From positions 111,540,001 to 111,604,000 of the forward strand of contig NC_058373.1 in NCBI RefSeq assembly GCF_018350175.1: a stretch of DNA of 64,000 nucleotides, given 5' to 3'. The notes under the pieces are model-generated. The model searched no databases and had not been told where the DNA came from. It saw nothing but the letters and a program-made list of their open reading frames with translations. This stretch comes from Felis catus (lineage: Eukaryota). The translations under genes and the position numbers were made by a program. Positions 40,901-53,902 of this stretch are shown piece after piece (position 1 is the stretch's first letter; every line of letters begins with the position of its first letter).

Positions 40901-42089
40901 AAGAGTGCTCCTATTTAAAGTTGAGGCTTACAACAGGTTTTGTGATCACTCATAGCTGAAAGGCAGGAAAAAGCAAAGGACCACATTTGGATATGATGAA
41001 ACCTATAAAGTGGAAAATATAATGAGCATGATGAGAGTGATGAGGAAGAGGTTATTGAGAAAATAATTTAAATAAACTTCCAGCTGAGCCCTGCAACACC
41101 ATTATAGTCCAAGATTTCTTATATGTTTCCACGATCAACTCATACAATTTCATATAGGTGGTGACTTTTCCCCTAGTAAAAGTAAAACTATAAAAGAATA
41201 CTGTAAGCTACATAATAATCCAGAGGGGCCTGTTTTATAATCTGAAAAAACTTAAAAGTTGACCTTCTGTCCATTGTGTAAGACTAAGTTAATTTGTTAA
41301 GGAGGCAGTAAATTGTAGGTTTGGTTTTTCCCATTGCAACTACTCTTTAAATAAAATTTTTTGAAAATGCTTAGAATCTTAGGCGAGAATAATAAATATT
41401 TAAAAAAAAAAAATTACATATTTGACTGTTGCCCTGGTCAAAAAGGAAATAGTCAAGCTGTGGAATGCCCTGTGCGTCGCTGATGTTGATACATTGAGCA
41501 AATGCCTAAAATGCTTCACAGATGACCCTTTTGTTCTAAAGCATTGTGCAAAGCTGTTCCACTATTAGTTAGATGTATTCTAAACTATGGCTATGATTTT
41601 TAATCTTTATTTGTATATTCATAATAGTGTTGCTTTATTCAAGACACTAGCTATTATTAAGTATTCTCTGTTAATTTTGTGTAGTTCTAATGCTTTTCTG
41701 TGGTAGTAAATAACAATTTAGTTTTTCCTGTGGGGTGCCAGTGCTTTGTTATTAAATGTTTTACCGTGTTATTAAGTACTTTACCATCTAGTTAAGAACC
41801 GGGAATAACAAAACTGAGGCTATGCCATGTACTCCTCGGTAAATCACAATTGTTGAGGGCTGGTTTCATTATCTGTTAAATGAGTTCTTACTGATCAGTC
41901 CCCTTCTTCAGTGTGCTGTAAGGCACTGGCTACTGGATCATATTTCTGACTGGCCTTCAGTACCACGTATTCCTAGCACCCATGCCCAATGAGTACTTTT
42001 CTCTTGGTTGTAGAATTATTAGTAGGTACTCTTCATACAAGGTAAAATCTCTGAAACAACTCTCAGAGTCATTATAGCATAAATAGCAA

Positions 42090-42369
42090 TGTCTTAGTCT
42101 GTTCAGGCTGCTATAACAAAAATACCAAAGGCTGTAATTTATAAACAATAAAAATTTATCTCTCACAGTTCTGGAGCCTGGGAAGTCCAAAATCAAGGTG
42201 CTGGCACATTTGGTGTCTGGTGAGGACCTGTTTTCTTATTCATGAACAGTGCCTTCTCCATCTGTCCTCACATGGTAGGAGGGCCTAGGGAGTTCTGTGG
42301 GGTGTTTTATAAGAGCACTAATCCCATTCATGAGGGTTCCACCCTCATGACCTAAGCACCTCCCAAAGG
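42090..42369 (-). mobile_element. MaLR LTR (MLT1A/MST-like), truncated
   Basis: tgtcttagtctgttcaggctgctataacaaaaatacc ... aatcccattcatgagggttccaccctcatgacct. Confidence 0.85.
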
Positions 42370-42543
42370 AACAAATTTGGCTCATAGGCTGCTTTTGTGA
42401 ATAAAGTTTTATGGGAAAACAGGCACATGCATTCATTTGCATATTGTCTATGGTGGCTTTCCTGCTACAAAGGCAATAGAGGCCCACAAATCCTGAAATA
42501 TTTATTATCTGTCCCCTTACAGAAAAATGGTAGCTGAGCCTTA
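42370..42543 (+). mobile_element. MER58-like hAT-Charlie DNA transposon fragment
   Basis: aataaagttttatgggaaaacag..catattgtctatgg..aaatatttattatctg; similar to the copy at 59351. Confidence 0.75.
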
Positions 42544-42572
42544 GTTTGGATCGTTGTTTAAGAGTTATGTCA

Positions 42573-42650
42573 GGGGCACCTGGGTGGCTCAGGTAGTCTC
42601 TCTCTTTCTCTCTCTGTCTCTCTCAAATAAATAAACATTGAAAAAAAAAA
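42573..42650 (+). mobile_element. Internally deleted mini CAN-SINE
   Basis: 20-nt head joined to CT tract and polyA; TSD aagagttatgtca/aagggttatgtca. Confidence 0.88.
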
Positions 42651-43084
42651 GGGTTATGTCAGAATTTTCCTCTTATCTTTTATTCCAACCACTCAGAGTG
42701 TTTATGTATGAAGAGATAATTTGAGAGGAGGAAGGAAATGACAGAACAAAAATGTAGTCTTCAAATCCTGGCACCAACTTATTTCTCGCCCTTATCTTAA
42801 TCGACCTGTTTCTTTGCTATGGTTTTCCGTTTCCCCTTGATCTTCGTAGTGCTCTGTGTTGGGAAATAAGTGCAGCTGACTGACCTGGAGAAAAATAGTA
42901 GGTTTTTCTCAACAGTGAAAATTTACTATAGGAGTGAATCTTGGATGTGAGGGACTAATTGCTGAGTTTAACAATCTTAATAGAAAATCAAGGATGAGAA
43001 CCAGTGTCACTGTGAGCATCAATCTCTGAAGATTTTGACTCTCTTCTTATGACTTTGTGTAATCCTGTGAGGAAGTACAAATAA

Positions 43085-43291
<207 letters not shown>

Positions 43292-43488
43292 TAAGACTAA
43301 GAGTTGCTGTTGGTTTTTAGTCTTCATAGCCCTTTGCTTTTTTAAAGTATTTACTCATTTTTCATATTTATTCAGAAAGATGCTATGTTATGTCTGCAGT
43401 GCAAAGATGGCTAAAACAAAGTCCCTGCCTTAAGGGAGCTAATTCTTATCACACACACATATACACATGCACATGCACGTGTATGTGC

Positions 43489-43528
<40 letters not shown>

Positions 43529-44027
43529 CAATGCAAAGTAGGAAGTGCTGCATTTTATGTGACACATACAGATGAAATGCTCAGGAATAGCTTGTCAGGA
43601 ATAAGCTTTGTGGAAAAGTTGTCAGGAATAGCTTTGTGGAAAACATACTATTTGAATTGAGCTGAAAAGGATAACTAGATAGGATTTAGGCACATAGAAA
43701 TGGAAAAGAGTGTACTAGTTGGAGTGTATGAGTAATGGTCCATAGCTGGGAAAGAGGAGGACAGGAACCCAATGAGAAATGAGATACTTTAGTTTGTCTG
43801 AGGTTTTAGGTAGTATGAACAGGTGGGATGGAAAATAAACTGAAAAGGTACGTTTGGGAGCCAGATTGCAGAGGTCCTTGGGTGCAGGTTAATAACACTT
43901 TATGATGCATAAGCAGCAAGTGGTTGCTGGAAGATTTTATTTGTTGCATAAACATCATTATAACAACAAACAGCCCCAAGTCCCAGACCCTTTTACATTT
44001 ATTCTCTTCGGGGTTCTTTTGTGTTCT

Positions 44028-44244
44028 CTTTTCTTTTTTTTTTTTAAAAAATTAATGTTTATTTAATTTTTTGAGAGAGAGAGAAAGAGAGCAGCAGAGA
44101 GAGAGAAAGACACAGAATCTGAAGCAGGCTCCAGACTCTGAGATGTCAGCACAGAGCCCGACACGGGGCTCGAACTCAGGAGCCACGAGATCATGACCTG
44201 AGCTGAAGTCGGATGCTTAACCGACCAAGCCACCCAGGCGCCCC
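44028..44244 (-). mobile_element. CAN-SINE
   Basis: Head, body and T tail. Confidence 0.93.
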
Positions 44245-46908
44245 TCTTCTAGCTCTTATTAGTATGCATACCCAGTCTTACATGTTTGTAAGAACAGTGT
44301 TGATTTACTTTTTTAAATTTTGGCATTTTGCTTAAAATGCCATCAGCTTTTTCTATTTTGGAGTCACAACTTGCTTTTGAAAGGTTTTTTACACATAAGA
44401 GTGGCATAATGAGAGTGATGCTGTTAATCTGAAGGTATTATTTTGGCTGAAGTGGATTAGTATTGGAAGAGACTCGAAGCAAGGAGACCATTTAGGAGAT
44501 GAGGACCATCTGCAGGTGAGAAAATGGAGGTATGTGGCAGTTTGCATTGGAAGTGAAGAGATAAATTTGAGAGAGACTGGGAAGGTAAAATTAAGACGCC
44601 TTTCCAAGTGGGGGAAAGAGTTGAAATGACTGGGATAATGGGCACATTGTTAACTGACAGGGAACTTAGAATAGTCTTGGGGAAAACAATGAATTAGTAA
44701 GTAACTTCACAACGCTTCAAGTTGAAAGCTGTTCCCATCCTTTTCTAAAACTATTGATGGTATACTTTCTGTGTATAATCATTCAGCTTTCCTTCTAAGG
44801 TTAAAGTGTCTTGTAAAAGCAAAATATAGCCGGTGACTTAATCCTGCATATTTCAAGGTACACATTTTCCTACACTTAAATAGGAAAAAATAGAAAATCA
44901 AGTGTTTAAAGAGATCATTAAAAACCAAACTGATCTTGGCATGCTGTCTTAGTCTCATACTCCCATGACCATTCATCAGAGGTGTCTGCAGAATGAGAAA
45001 CACTTGCCTCCTGTAGGGAAGAGGTAATTATCTCCTATCAACTAGAACCTCATTCAGTGAACTGTAAACAGCTGGTGGTGCAGAACTATCATCCTCATTT
45101 AAAATGGAAATAACTGTGGTTTCTGAGTTTCTTCCATTTCCACATGTTCATTAGATATGTATTCAACAAAAGTTATATTTAAACTATCATTTGGTCATAG
45201 TCCAGTCTGCACACTATAACAAGTACCTGCCACCTGCTTTATTTTCTTGATTTTTTAAGTGGCCAAGTGCTTTTACTTATAGTGCAGATTTGATCCTGTA
45301 TGTGCTGATTTCTGTGGTTCTGTATTAGAGAATTTTACTTGTAAATCATGCTAATAATTTAAAACCACATTGGCTTTTTTAATCTGTTAGACTATAGCAA
45401 AATAGCATTTCAGCTGGACCTTACTTTCAGTTTCAAATATTGCTATTTGCCAGGTCTCTTTTTTTTTCCATTGAAAAAGAAAAAATGGTTTTTAATATTC
45501 AAGAAGATGGGGAAGATCTCAGGAGGAAAAAACATATTTTAGAAAAAGATTTTTCTTTAATTATTTAATACATCTGTGATCATTTTTTCCATCTAGTCTA
45601 AAAGTTCTTTGAAGTCAGGAACTATATTTTTAACATACTATTTGTTAGAAGTTAACAATGCCAGCCATTCACTCTTTCCCTTCTTTGGATAGAGGTGAAT
45701 AAGCGTCCTTTCTTCCATTCCAACAAAATTAAACACATACATTTGCAAGGAATGCTTTCTCTAACTGGAATTTTTATTTCCAGTGTATTTCTAAGCACAA
45801 CAGCTACTTTGAAAAGAATGATTTGTTACTGGTTTAACTAATGGATTAGAGAGTTTAATCAGATGAGGTGAGCTATTTATACACGCTTTTTAAAATGATT
45901 ACGTTTTTTCCTGTTATAACCTTTCTTGGTATTCAAATGTTTTGGTGTTCCCAAACTATTGCCTTAAGTGAAATATTATTGTAAAAAAGGCTATTTAACC
46001 AACTTAGATTCTGAAAGACTTCCACAGGGCTTAGCAACTGAGTATTATACTAGAAAATAAATCTGAAAAGGGGGATAAAGAAAAAACTTTGAACTTTGAT
46101 ACCTGTATTCAACATAAAAATAAGCTGTTCATATAACTTAATGGAGATTTTAGAAGGCTCTCTTTGTTTGGACTATCAGCCAGCAGTTATATAAAGAATG
46201 ATAATAATTTGTAGGTAACTAGGAAATAAATAAGAAAAAGGAACAATAAAAGCAAATGTTTTTCATAGTTTAAATCTGTTTGGGAGATTTTAGGCATTTA
46301 AATACTTTGTTGCATTCAGATGATTTTATAATTTACTTCAGTGATTGGTTTGGACAGTTGAAAGAATTTTCAGTTTTACTAGATTTTTACTCATACTGAT
46401 GAAATTTATTATCAGTTCTCATTATCACCAACGAGTATTTTTCTAAACTCTGATTTATTTAAGGTGTAATGCAAGTCTTGGTTAAAAAAAAGAAAAAAAC
46501 AACAACCTAGATTGAGTCATCTTCTTAATCCATAATAGGTTTCATTTTAAATCTAACCCTTTTTGCAACTCTCCAATCCTTTGAATTGAGCAAATATCAT
46601 TATGTCTCATGAAAATCCTGTTTGATTTAGTCATGTATTTCAAGTTTAGTCTCAATTTTAGATTTTCATTTATTTATCCTATACCTTGGTTTTACTTGGG
46701 AGAAACAGTTTCACAAAAGATACTACAAAATGAAAGAAGTACTTATGGCAACTAGGCTTCAGTGGAACAAAGTTCATGGCTGTCTTGGTTAAAATTATTT
46801 TCTGTTTAGAGTTGAAGACCTTATGGCATGTGATAAAAAGACAAAAGCGACTAAAAGACTATAGTAATCTTACTGAGGACAACCTTGGGTATACCATTAG
46901 GCTCAAGT

Positions 46909-47255
46909 TGTTACGGTCAGGCGTAAGGCAGGGTAAAAATAGGAGTCAGAGGCTAAAAAATTTTAGCAGTCAAAGGCTTTATTTGGGAACTAAGGTCTCG
47001 GGCGAGGTTCTGTGACTCAGGGAGGGAGAGAGAGGGGAGTCAGGGAAGTCGCCCCCAGGTGTGGTGGGGATGGGGTTTTTAAGCTGCAGCAGTTCCGGGT
47101 TTAGGTCTGGGTGGGCCTTTTTCGCGTCAGGTCGTGCTGTCGCTCGGTGATTGGTTGACCTCCAGTTCGTTCTGGCACACTACTAGGGGCTTTTCATTGG
47201 GTTGCGCTGGCAAGATGGCCGTCCCCTCTACTGTGGTTCCAAGGACATCCTAACA
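46909..47255 (-). mobile_element. CpG-rich ERV solo LTR
   Basis: TGTTA...TAACA inverted termini; minus-strand CCAAT, TTAAAAA and AATAAA in promoter-to-polyA order. Confidence 0.8.
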
Positions 47256-48629
47256 AGTAAAATGGACCAAGTAGTTCTCTTCACGTCTTAGGTTTCTATA
47301 TGTTTATGTAAAACGTTCTTTATCGTAAAGTGAACATGTAATATTGGCTTGTTTTAAATACCATTTTGTCCTGGCCTTTACTAGTGTGCTATATAAATCA
47401 TAACAAATAGAGAAAGTGCTGGTTTTTTTAATATTTTTCTAGTTTCTGATATAAAACACAGGCTCACTGTAAAAACATATTGCTGATATTTTCATTATAA
47501 GTCCACATTTTGCCATAATATGTCATTTTTCTAGACTTTTAAGTCTAGAGATTTTATTTTCATTACCATTATTAGAATTTACTTTGTGGCTTCCAATCAG
47601 CTCATATTAAATTCTCCTCAGCTCATATTAAACAAACACAATGAAAAAGATGACGATACTTTAGTTTCTTAATTTGTTTGGAACACTTGGAAGTTGGCAG
47701 CTGTGGTGGTGAGAGCTGCTAGTGAGGGCACATAGCTGTGGCAAAAGGCATTTGCCAGTTTAACTTGAAATTATTGGTCTTATGGTTCAGAATGTTTTTT
47801 TATTCCACCTAGATCCAAAGTTGACAATTTAAGCAATATTGGGCCCATTTTCAGTGGAGTCTAAATAAAACGTATAAAAAGTAGAAATAGTAAAAGATTT
47901 TTGTTTGTTTGGAGGTATTGTTGGTTTATGTTGTGAATAGGACTTTTACTGGAAATTGGTAAGTTAATAGTTTTCCTTTTTTTCATAGAAAAGTAAAACA
48001 TGTGAAAATGGAGAACAACTATTTTATTTTTTTGTTATTTTTTAAGAAAAAATTTATTAACACAAGATATTAACAAACTATGTATATAGCTCCAATTGCC
48101 ATTAAAAGTAAGATCAGCTACTCTTTTATTTGTCTGAAAAGTATTTCACTGCATCGTCATTCCCAAGGGGTATTTTTAAGACATACACAATTCGATACTG
48201 AGAGTTTCGTTGTTGTTTTTCTATTGTGTTTTTTTTTCTCCTTTCAGCATGTTCAGAATATGATTTCACCATTTTCTGGTGTTTATTGATGCCATTGAAA
48301 AGTCACCTTTCAATTCAATATTTTCCTTTGTGCTATTAAAAAGATAAGGCTTTTCATCATGCTTTTGATGAGCTACAATTTCTTTATGATGTTCCAACTT
48401 GTGAATGTATTTAATTTTTTTCCCTTAAAATTACTTATAACTCCTGGTATGATGGATTTGTGTCATTGAACATTTTTGTAAGGTATCAGAATCTTTTCAA
48501 ATATTACCTCTGACCCAATCTTTCTCTTCTCTCCTTTATGAGTCTTCAATTTAAATGTCCTCTACATTTTTTTTTTTTGTATTTTCCATCTTTTTCTCTG
48601 TCATGCTTATTATGGTATTTTTTCACTGT

Positions 48630-49220
48630 GTAAACTTGGCTTAACTAGAAATATACTTCTCATGCACGCCTCTCTGTGTGCTTCCTAGTTGTAGCTGGCC
48701 AAAAGAAGGATTTGTACAAGATTTGGGAGGCAGAAAGGAAGCCAAAGCCATCATCTCAGTTGGTTGTTGTAGCTATAAATTGTGAGAAACAGAAGCAGCA
48801 ACTCTTGGAGAAGCAGAGTCAACATTGGCCACACTTTACCCCACTCTATATTCACAGTTTTTTCTGTTGACTTCCTGGCCCTGTTGACCAACAGTGACCT
48901 CAGGCCCACCCAGACTCAGAAACAGCACCTCTACAGACTTCACCCTGCTACAGACTTCACAATGCACCTTCACTGATTCATTCTGGCAGTTAGCCAGGGC
49001 TGGGTTTCTGAGATTCTCTGGCAAGTTCTGATGTGTCCACTTATGCCAGTGCTTCAGAGAGGAGGTTTTTTGTTGTTGTTTTTCTTAATTCTCTACCTTA
49101 TCCATTCTGATCCTTACTTGCCCAGTGTGTCCCATACTTGTTTAGTTTTACTGTGAAAACAAATATCCTGTTTTCTATTACTCACAGTGGTTCTGCTTCC
49201 CTAACTGAACCCTCACTATA
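48630..49220 (+). mobile_element. Old ERVL-type LTR remnant
   Basis: The 3' end agtggttctgcttccctaactgaaccc resembles ERVL LTR termini. Confidence 0.45.
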
Positions 49221-49333
49221 GTGGGCACTATTTTTCTTCATTCTCTTTAAGTTCACTAACTTTCCCTTCTCTTGCCATACAGTCCCTTTATTATTTTTTT
49301 CCATTTAATTTAATAAATTTTAAGTCCTATATG

Positions 49334-49972
49334 TTTTTTTTTTATTTTTTATTTTTTAAAATTTACATCCAAATTAGTTAGCATCTAGTGCAACAATGAT
49401 TTCAGGAGTAGATTCCTTAGTGCCCCTTACCCATTTAGCCCATCACCCCTCCCACAACCCCTCCAGTAACCCTCAGTTTGTTCTCCATATTTATGAGTCT
49501 CTCTCTTCTGTTTCGTCCCCCTCCCTGTTTTTATATTATTTTTTCCCCTTCCCTTATGTTCATCTGTTTTGTCTCTTAAAGTCCTCATATGAGTGAAGTC
49601 ATATTATTTTTGTCTTTCTCTGACTAATTTAACCTAGCATAATACCCTCTAGTTCCATCCACATAGTTACAAATGGCAAGATTTCATTCTTTTTGATTGC
49701 CGAGTAATACTCCGTTGTGTATATATGCCACATCTTATTTATCTGTTCATCCATCGATGGATATTTGGACTCTTTCCAAACTTTGGCCATTGTTGATGGT
49801 GCTGCTATAAACATGGGGGTGCATGTGTCCCTTCAAAACAGCACACCTGTATCCCTTGGATAAATGCCTAGTAGTGCAATTGCTGGGTCGTAGGGTAGCT
49901 CTATTTTTAGTTTTTTGAGGAACCTCCACATTGTTTTCCAGAGTGGCTGCACTAGCTTGCATTCCCAACAAC
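49334..49972 (-). mobile_element. 5'-truncated carnivore L1 (ORF2 C-terminus and 3' UTR)
   Basis: Peptide MFIAAPSTMAKVWKESKYPSMDE..WMELEGIML; T-rich tail. Confidence 0.93.
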
Positions 49973-50739
49973 GATTTTACTTTTTAAAGGAAGATAGAGG
50001 TTTGTTTTTTCCATTCAAAAATAACAGACTGACTGGAGAAATAGCAATTTCTCTTTTCCTGTCTGGATGCCAGCAACTGTAGATGGTCTATGAAATGGAA
50101 AGTGGCCAGGTCACACTAGGAATGCATTATTGAAGCTATTGAAATGTTTTTCAGACTGTGGGGAAGCCTACCTCCAATACAGGATGTAGACATATTTTTC
50201 TCTGACAGGACAAAATAGATTTAAGGCCAGAATATAACTATAAACTTCCATTTCTCTGCTAGTGTACTGACCATGAATGAGATCAAACCCATCATCAGGT
50301 GTTCCCAGAGTTGCGGAGTGTGTTCTACTGAGTGAATCAGACAGCATTTATTTCTGCCCAACAGGGATGACAACCAAAAGTAAAGGCAAAAGTAGTACTT
50401 GTAACTCATTAGGAAAAGTCATTAGCTTAGCTGTATTAAGATTGTTAGTTAAATATTTAAAACAACTGGAGTAGGGAGAAACTTCCAGGAACCTTTCCCA
50501 TTTGAAAGAAGTTATTATTTTAAGAGGTCAAATAGGGAAAAGTAGACAGTTTCTCAGAACAACAACTTAAGAGTATACTAAGAAAGAGAATATCTTTCCC
50601 AAGAACAAAAATATAAATAGGTTTAGTGAGGAAAGAACAAGAAGTGGTAAGTAGATACAGTGTCCAGGGTAGCTTTCATAAAGTGAAAGAGGGGTTTGCT
50701 ATACTAGAAGTTGACTAAGGACAAAGAAGGAAAGAAAGA

Positions 50740-50958
50740 GGGGCACCTAGGTGGCTCAGTTGGGTTAAGCATTGGATTTCAGCTCAGATCATGATCTCTG
50801 GTTTGTGAGTTCAAGCCCCGAATCAGGCTCACTGCTGTCAACATAGAGCTTGCTTAGGATCCTTTGTCCTCCTCTCTGCCCCTCGCTTGCACGTGTGCTC
50901 TTACTCCCCCCCCCCCCCCGCCAACAAACATTTTTAAAAAGAAGAAAAAAAAGAAAAT
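50740..50958 (+). mobile_element. CAN-SINE
   Basis: Head ggggcacctaggtggctcag and A-rich tail. Confidence 0.88.
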
Positions 50959-51429
50959 TTATTAAAGGTAGTTTTCTAAGCATTATTAAAAACTTTGAAT
51001 TCTTAGATTTTACAGAGCCCTTGCATGTGAGAGCATAGGTCTGACTGAGTGGTTTGTGTATTCAACAAGTATTTGGATGTACTGGACGTTAGATACATTG
51101 CTAAGGATTTAGTGATGAATGAACAGATACGGTACGTTGTCTGCCCTCAGAAAGCTTAAAGTTGAGTAACATTCTCAGAATGTGTTTGAATTAGTTATCT
51201 TCAAATACACATACACACACATGGTTTTTTTTTTTTTCAATTCCTACAAAGTTTTGTTTTGATGTTTATATTTCTGTCTCATTATTTGGATCTTTTTACT
51301 AATCCACCTGTCTGTATTACACTAATTTTTGCTACAGGCTTTTTTATTACTCCTTTTTAAAAAGCTTTTATTAAGGGCCAGAGATCTAAGTAAAAAAGGT
51401 ACAAGATACGAAACAAAATAAAAAAAAAA

Positions 51430-52420
51430 CACTTTTATTATGGAAAATTTCAACATATATAAAAGTGAGAGACTATTGAATCCCTTTGTACCCATTATCC
51501 ATACCCATTATCCAGCTTTAATAATTATCAGTTCATGGTCAGTTTTGTTTCTTCTATACCGGCATCACTCCTTACCATCTCTGGGATCATTTTGAAGCAA
51601 ATCCCAGATATTTTATCATTTTATTTGTAAATATTTCAGAATGAGTTTCTAAAAGACAAAGTATCTAAAAGATACTTTTTCAAAAAATAATCACATGCTA
51701 TTATCACACCTAAGCATAGTAAGAATAGTTCCTTAATATCATCAAATAACCATTCATTGATCAAATTTCTCTGATTACCATGCACATTTTAATGTGTTAT
51801 TTCAAACAGATTATCTATGGAGGAATTCTGAGAAATGGCAGAGTAGGAAGCACCAAGAATCTGTCCCCCCACCTAGACATCAGTTGCATGGGCAGAAATT
51901 ATCTGACATAACTGTTTTGGAACTCTGGAGTCAGTTGAAGGCTTACAACTTCCAGGGGAGGAAAGCTTTAACTGTTAAGTTGTGGTTAATTTCGGCTCTT
52001 AGCTCCAGAGCATCTACCCATCCCCCCACCCCAACCTCATGGCAGGAAGCTGTGTGTATGTGTCCCTAGAATCCAAAGATGGTTCAACACATGAAAATTG
52101 ATCACCATAATATGCTACACAACAAAATAAAGGAAGAAAACCACCTCATCACCTCAGTTGATGCAGAAAAAGCATTCAACAAAATTCAGTACCTTTTCAT
52201 GATAAAAACACTGAACAAAATAAGAATAGAAGGAAACTACCTCAACATATAAAAGCCTGATTTTTGTATATTGATCTTGTGTCCTGCAACTTTGTTAAAC
52301 TCATACACTAGTTTTAGTAGCTTTTTTGTAGATTCCATCAGGTTTTCTACATAGATTATCATGTCATATGCATATAAACACATTTACTTACTCATTTTCA
52401 ATTTGGATATCATTTTTGCA
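51430..52420. mobile_element. Mosaic of old L1 fragments in both orientations
   Basis: + strand ORF2 motif gatgcagaaaaagcattcaacaaaattca (about 52070-52255) abuts a minus-strand ORF2 motif (tgattttgtatattgatcttg). Confidence 0.7.
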
Positions 52421-52664
52421 GTAGTCTGTTCAAAGTCACTCACCTTAATTAAATAATATAATTTACTATTAGCATAACACAGTATATCAAAAATTTAGTT
52501 CCTTCTATTAAAATCCTTGCTGAAGTCTGATTTTGGATTCTAGGTTTTCTTAGAAAGAGTTTAAAAAATATTTTGAAATGCCTAATGATTATGGAGGAAC
52601 TTTTTAAATTCCCAGCAGTGTAGTCAGCACAACTCTGCCAGCAGTTTGTTGTTTTTAAGTTAAC

Positions 52665-52718
52665 ATTTTTCTTTTTTTTAATGTTTATTCTGAGAGAGAG
52701 CACACCCGCGTGCGCACG

Positions 52719-52762
<44 letters not shown>

Positions 52763-52891
52763 CGAGTGGGGGAGGAGCAGAGAGAGAGAAAGGGGGAGAG
52801 AGAGAATCTCAAGCAGGCTCTACGCGGTCAGCATAGAGCTCCCTGCTATCCAAGAGTTGGACACTTAACCGACTTAGCCACCCAGGCACCC
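52665..52891 (-). mobile_element. CAN-SINE with (CG)n(CA)n expansion and internal deletion
   Basis: Head and tail recognisable; microsatellite at 52707-52760. Confidence 0.88.
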
Positions 52892-52939
52892 TTACATATA
52901 TATCCATATCCTCTTAATTATCGGTAAGAAAGGCTTTTA

Positions 52940-53031
52940 TTTATTTATGTTTTTTGCATTTAATTTCTGTTTATTTTTTCCAAGTTTTTATTTAAATTCC
53001 ACTTAATTAACATACAGTGTAATATAAGTTT
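52940..53031 (-). mobile_element. Very short L1 3' tip
   Basis: tttatttaaattcc..ttaacatacagtgtaata resembles a carnivore L1 3' end; TSD aagaaaggctttta/aagaaagactttta. Confidence 0.7.
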
Positions 53032-53045
53032 AAGAAAGACTTTTA

Positions 53046-53239
53046 GGGGTACCTGGATGGCTCAGTTGGTTAAGCACCCGATTTTGGCTCAAGTCATGAT
53101 CTCACTATAGTGAGATGAAACTCCCCATCAGGCTTTGCACTGGTGATGGAACCTGCTTAAGATTCTCTTTTTTCTCTTCCTCTGCCCCTCTCCTACTTGT
53201 GCTCACTGTCTCTCTCTTTCAAAAAAATAAAAATAAAAA
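53046..53239 (+). mobile_element. CAN-SINE
   Basis: Head, CT tract and polyA; TSD aaagactttta/aaagtctttta. Confidence 0.9.
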
Positions 53240-53902
53240 GTCTTTTAAAATGTCATTCCTTAGTAGAGGTGTATAAGAATGCATATGAGTTCTTAACAAC
53301 TATTACCTAGAAAAAAATGAGCAACTGATGACATTCTAGATGCTACTCCCCCAAACCATTTTATCTTCAAGGATAGAAACACCTAATAAAGATTTTGTCT
53401 TTTTAAAATTTTTTTGAATATAAGTTTGAACTTAAATTTTACTTAATTTAGGTATATCAGCTCAGCATCTACTTGTTTTGAGTGTTATTCCATTTTCTCA
53501 GTGGTTTTCTATTTCTGGAAATATGTCTTTTTCCCCCCAAGAAATGGCATATTTCACTATAGTTTGACTCTGCTCTAGGTTATAATATACACAATGTTGT
53601 TATAGAAACAGTTTTCCAAATCTTAAAGCAGGTCCGGTTTCCACATAGGAATAGTGTTGTAATTGGGGATTTTGATCTTGACTACCAAGTCCCATACCAG
53701 AGGTTCATCTTCTAGAATTCCAGTCTCAATTCCAGCAAGGCAAGAATTGGGGAGTTGCAAGGCTCCCATGAAAGGAAGAGGGAGGCTACTGACCAGAGAT
53801 GGATTCAGATTTGGGGGCTGGACTTGAAACCTCTACGGTTTTTGGCGCGCTCATTTATAAAAATGAATACAAATACAAAATTAAGTATTAAGGAAATATT
53901 TA

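Noticed and set aside
43588..43643. About 28-bp tandem duplication (similar short ones near 18067, 19750, 25612 and 47598)
   Set aside because: Ordinary two-copy slippage duplications with no sign of function.
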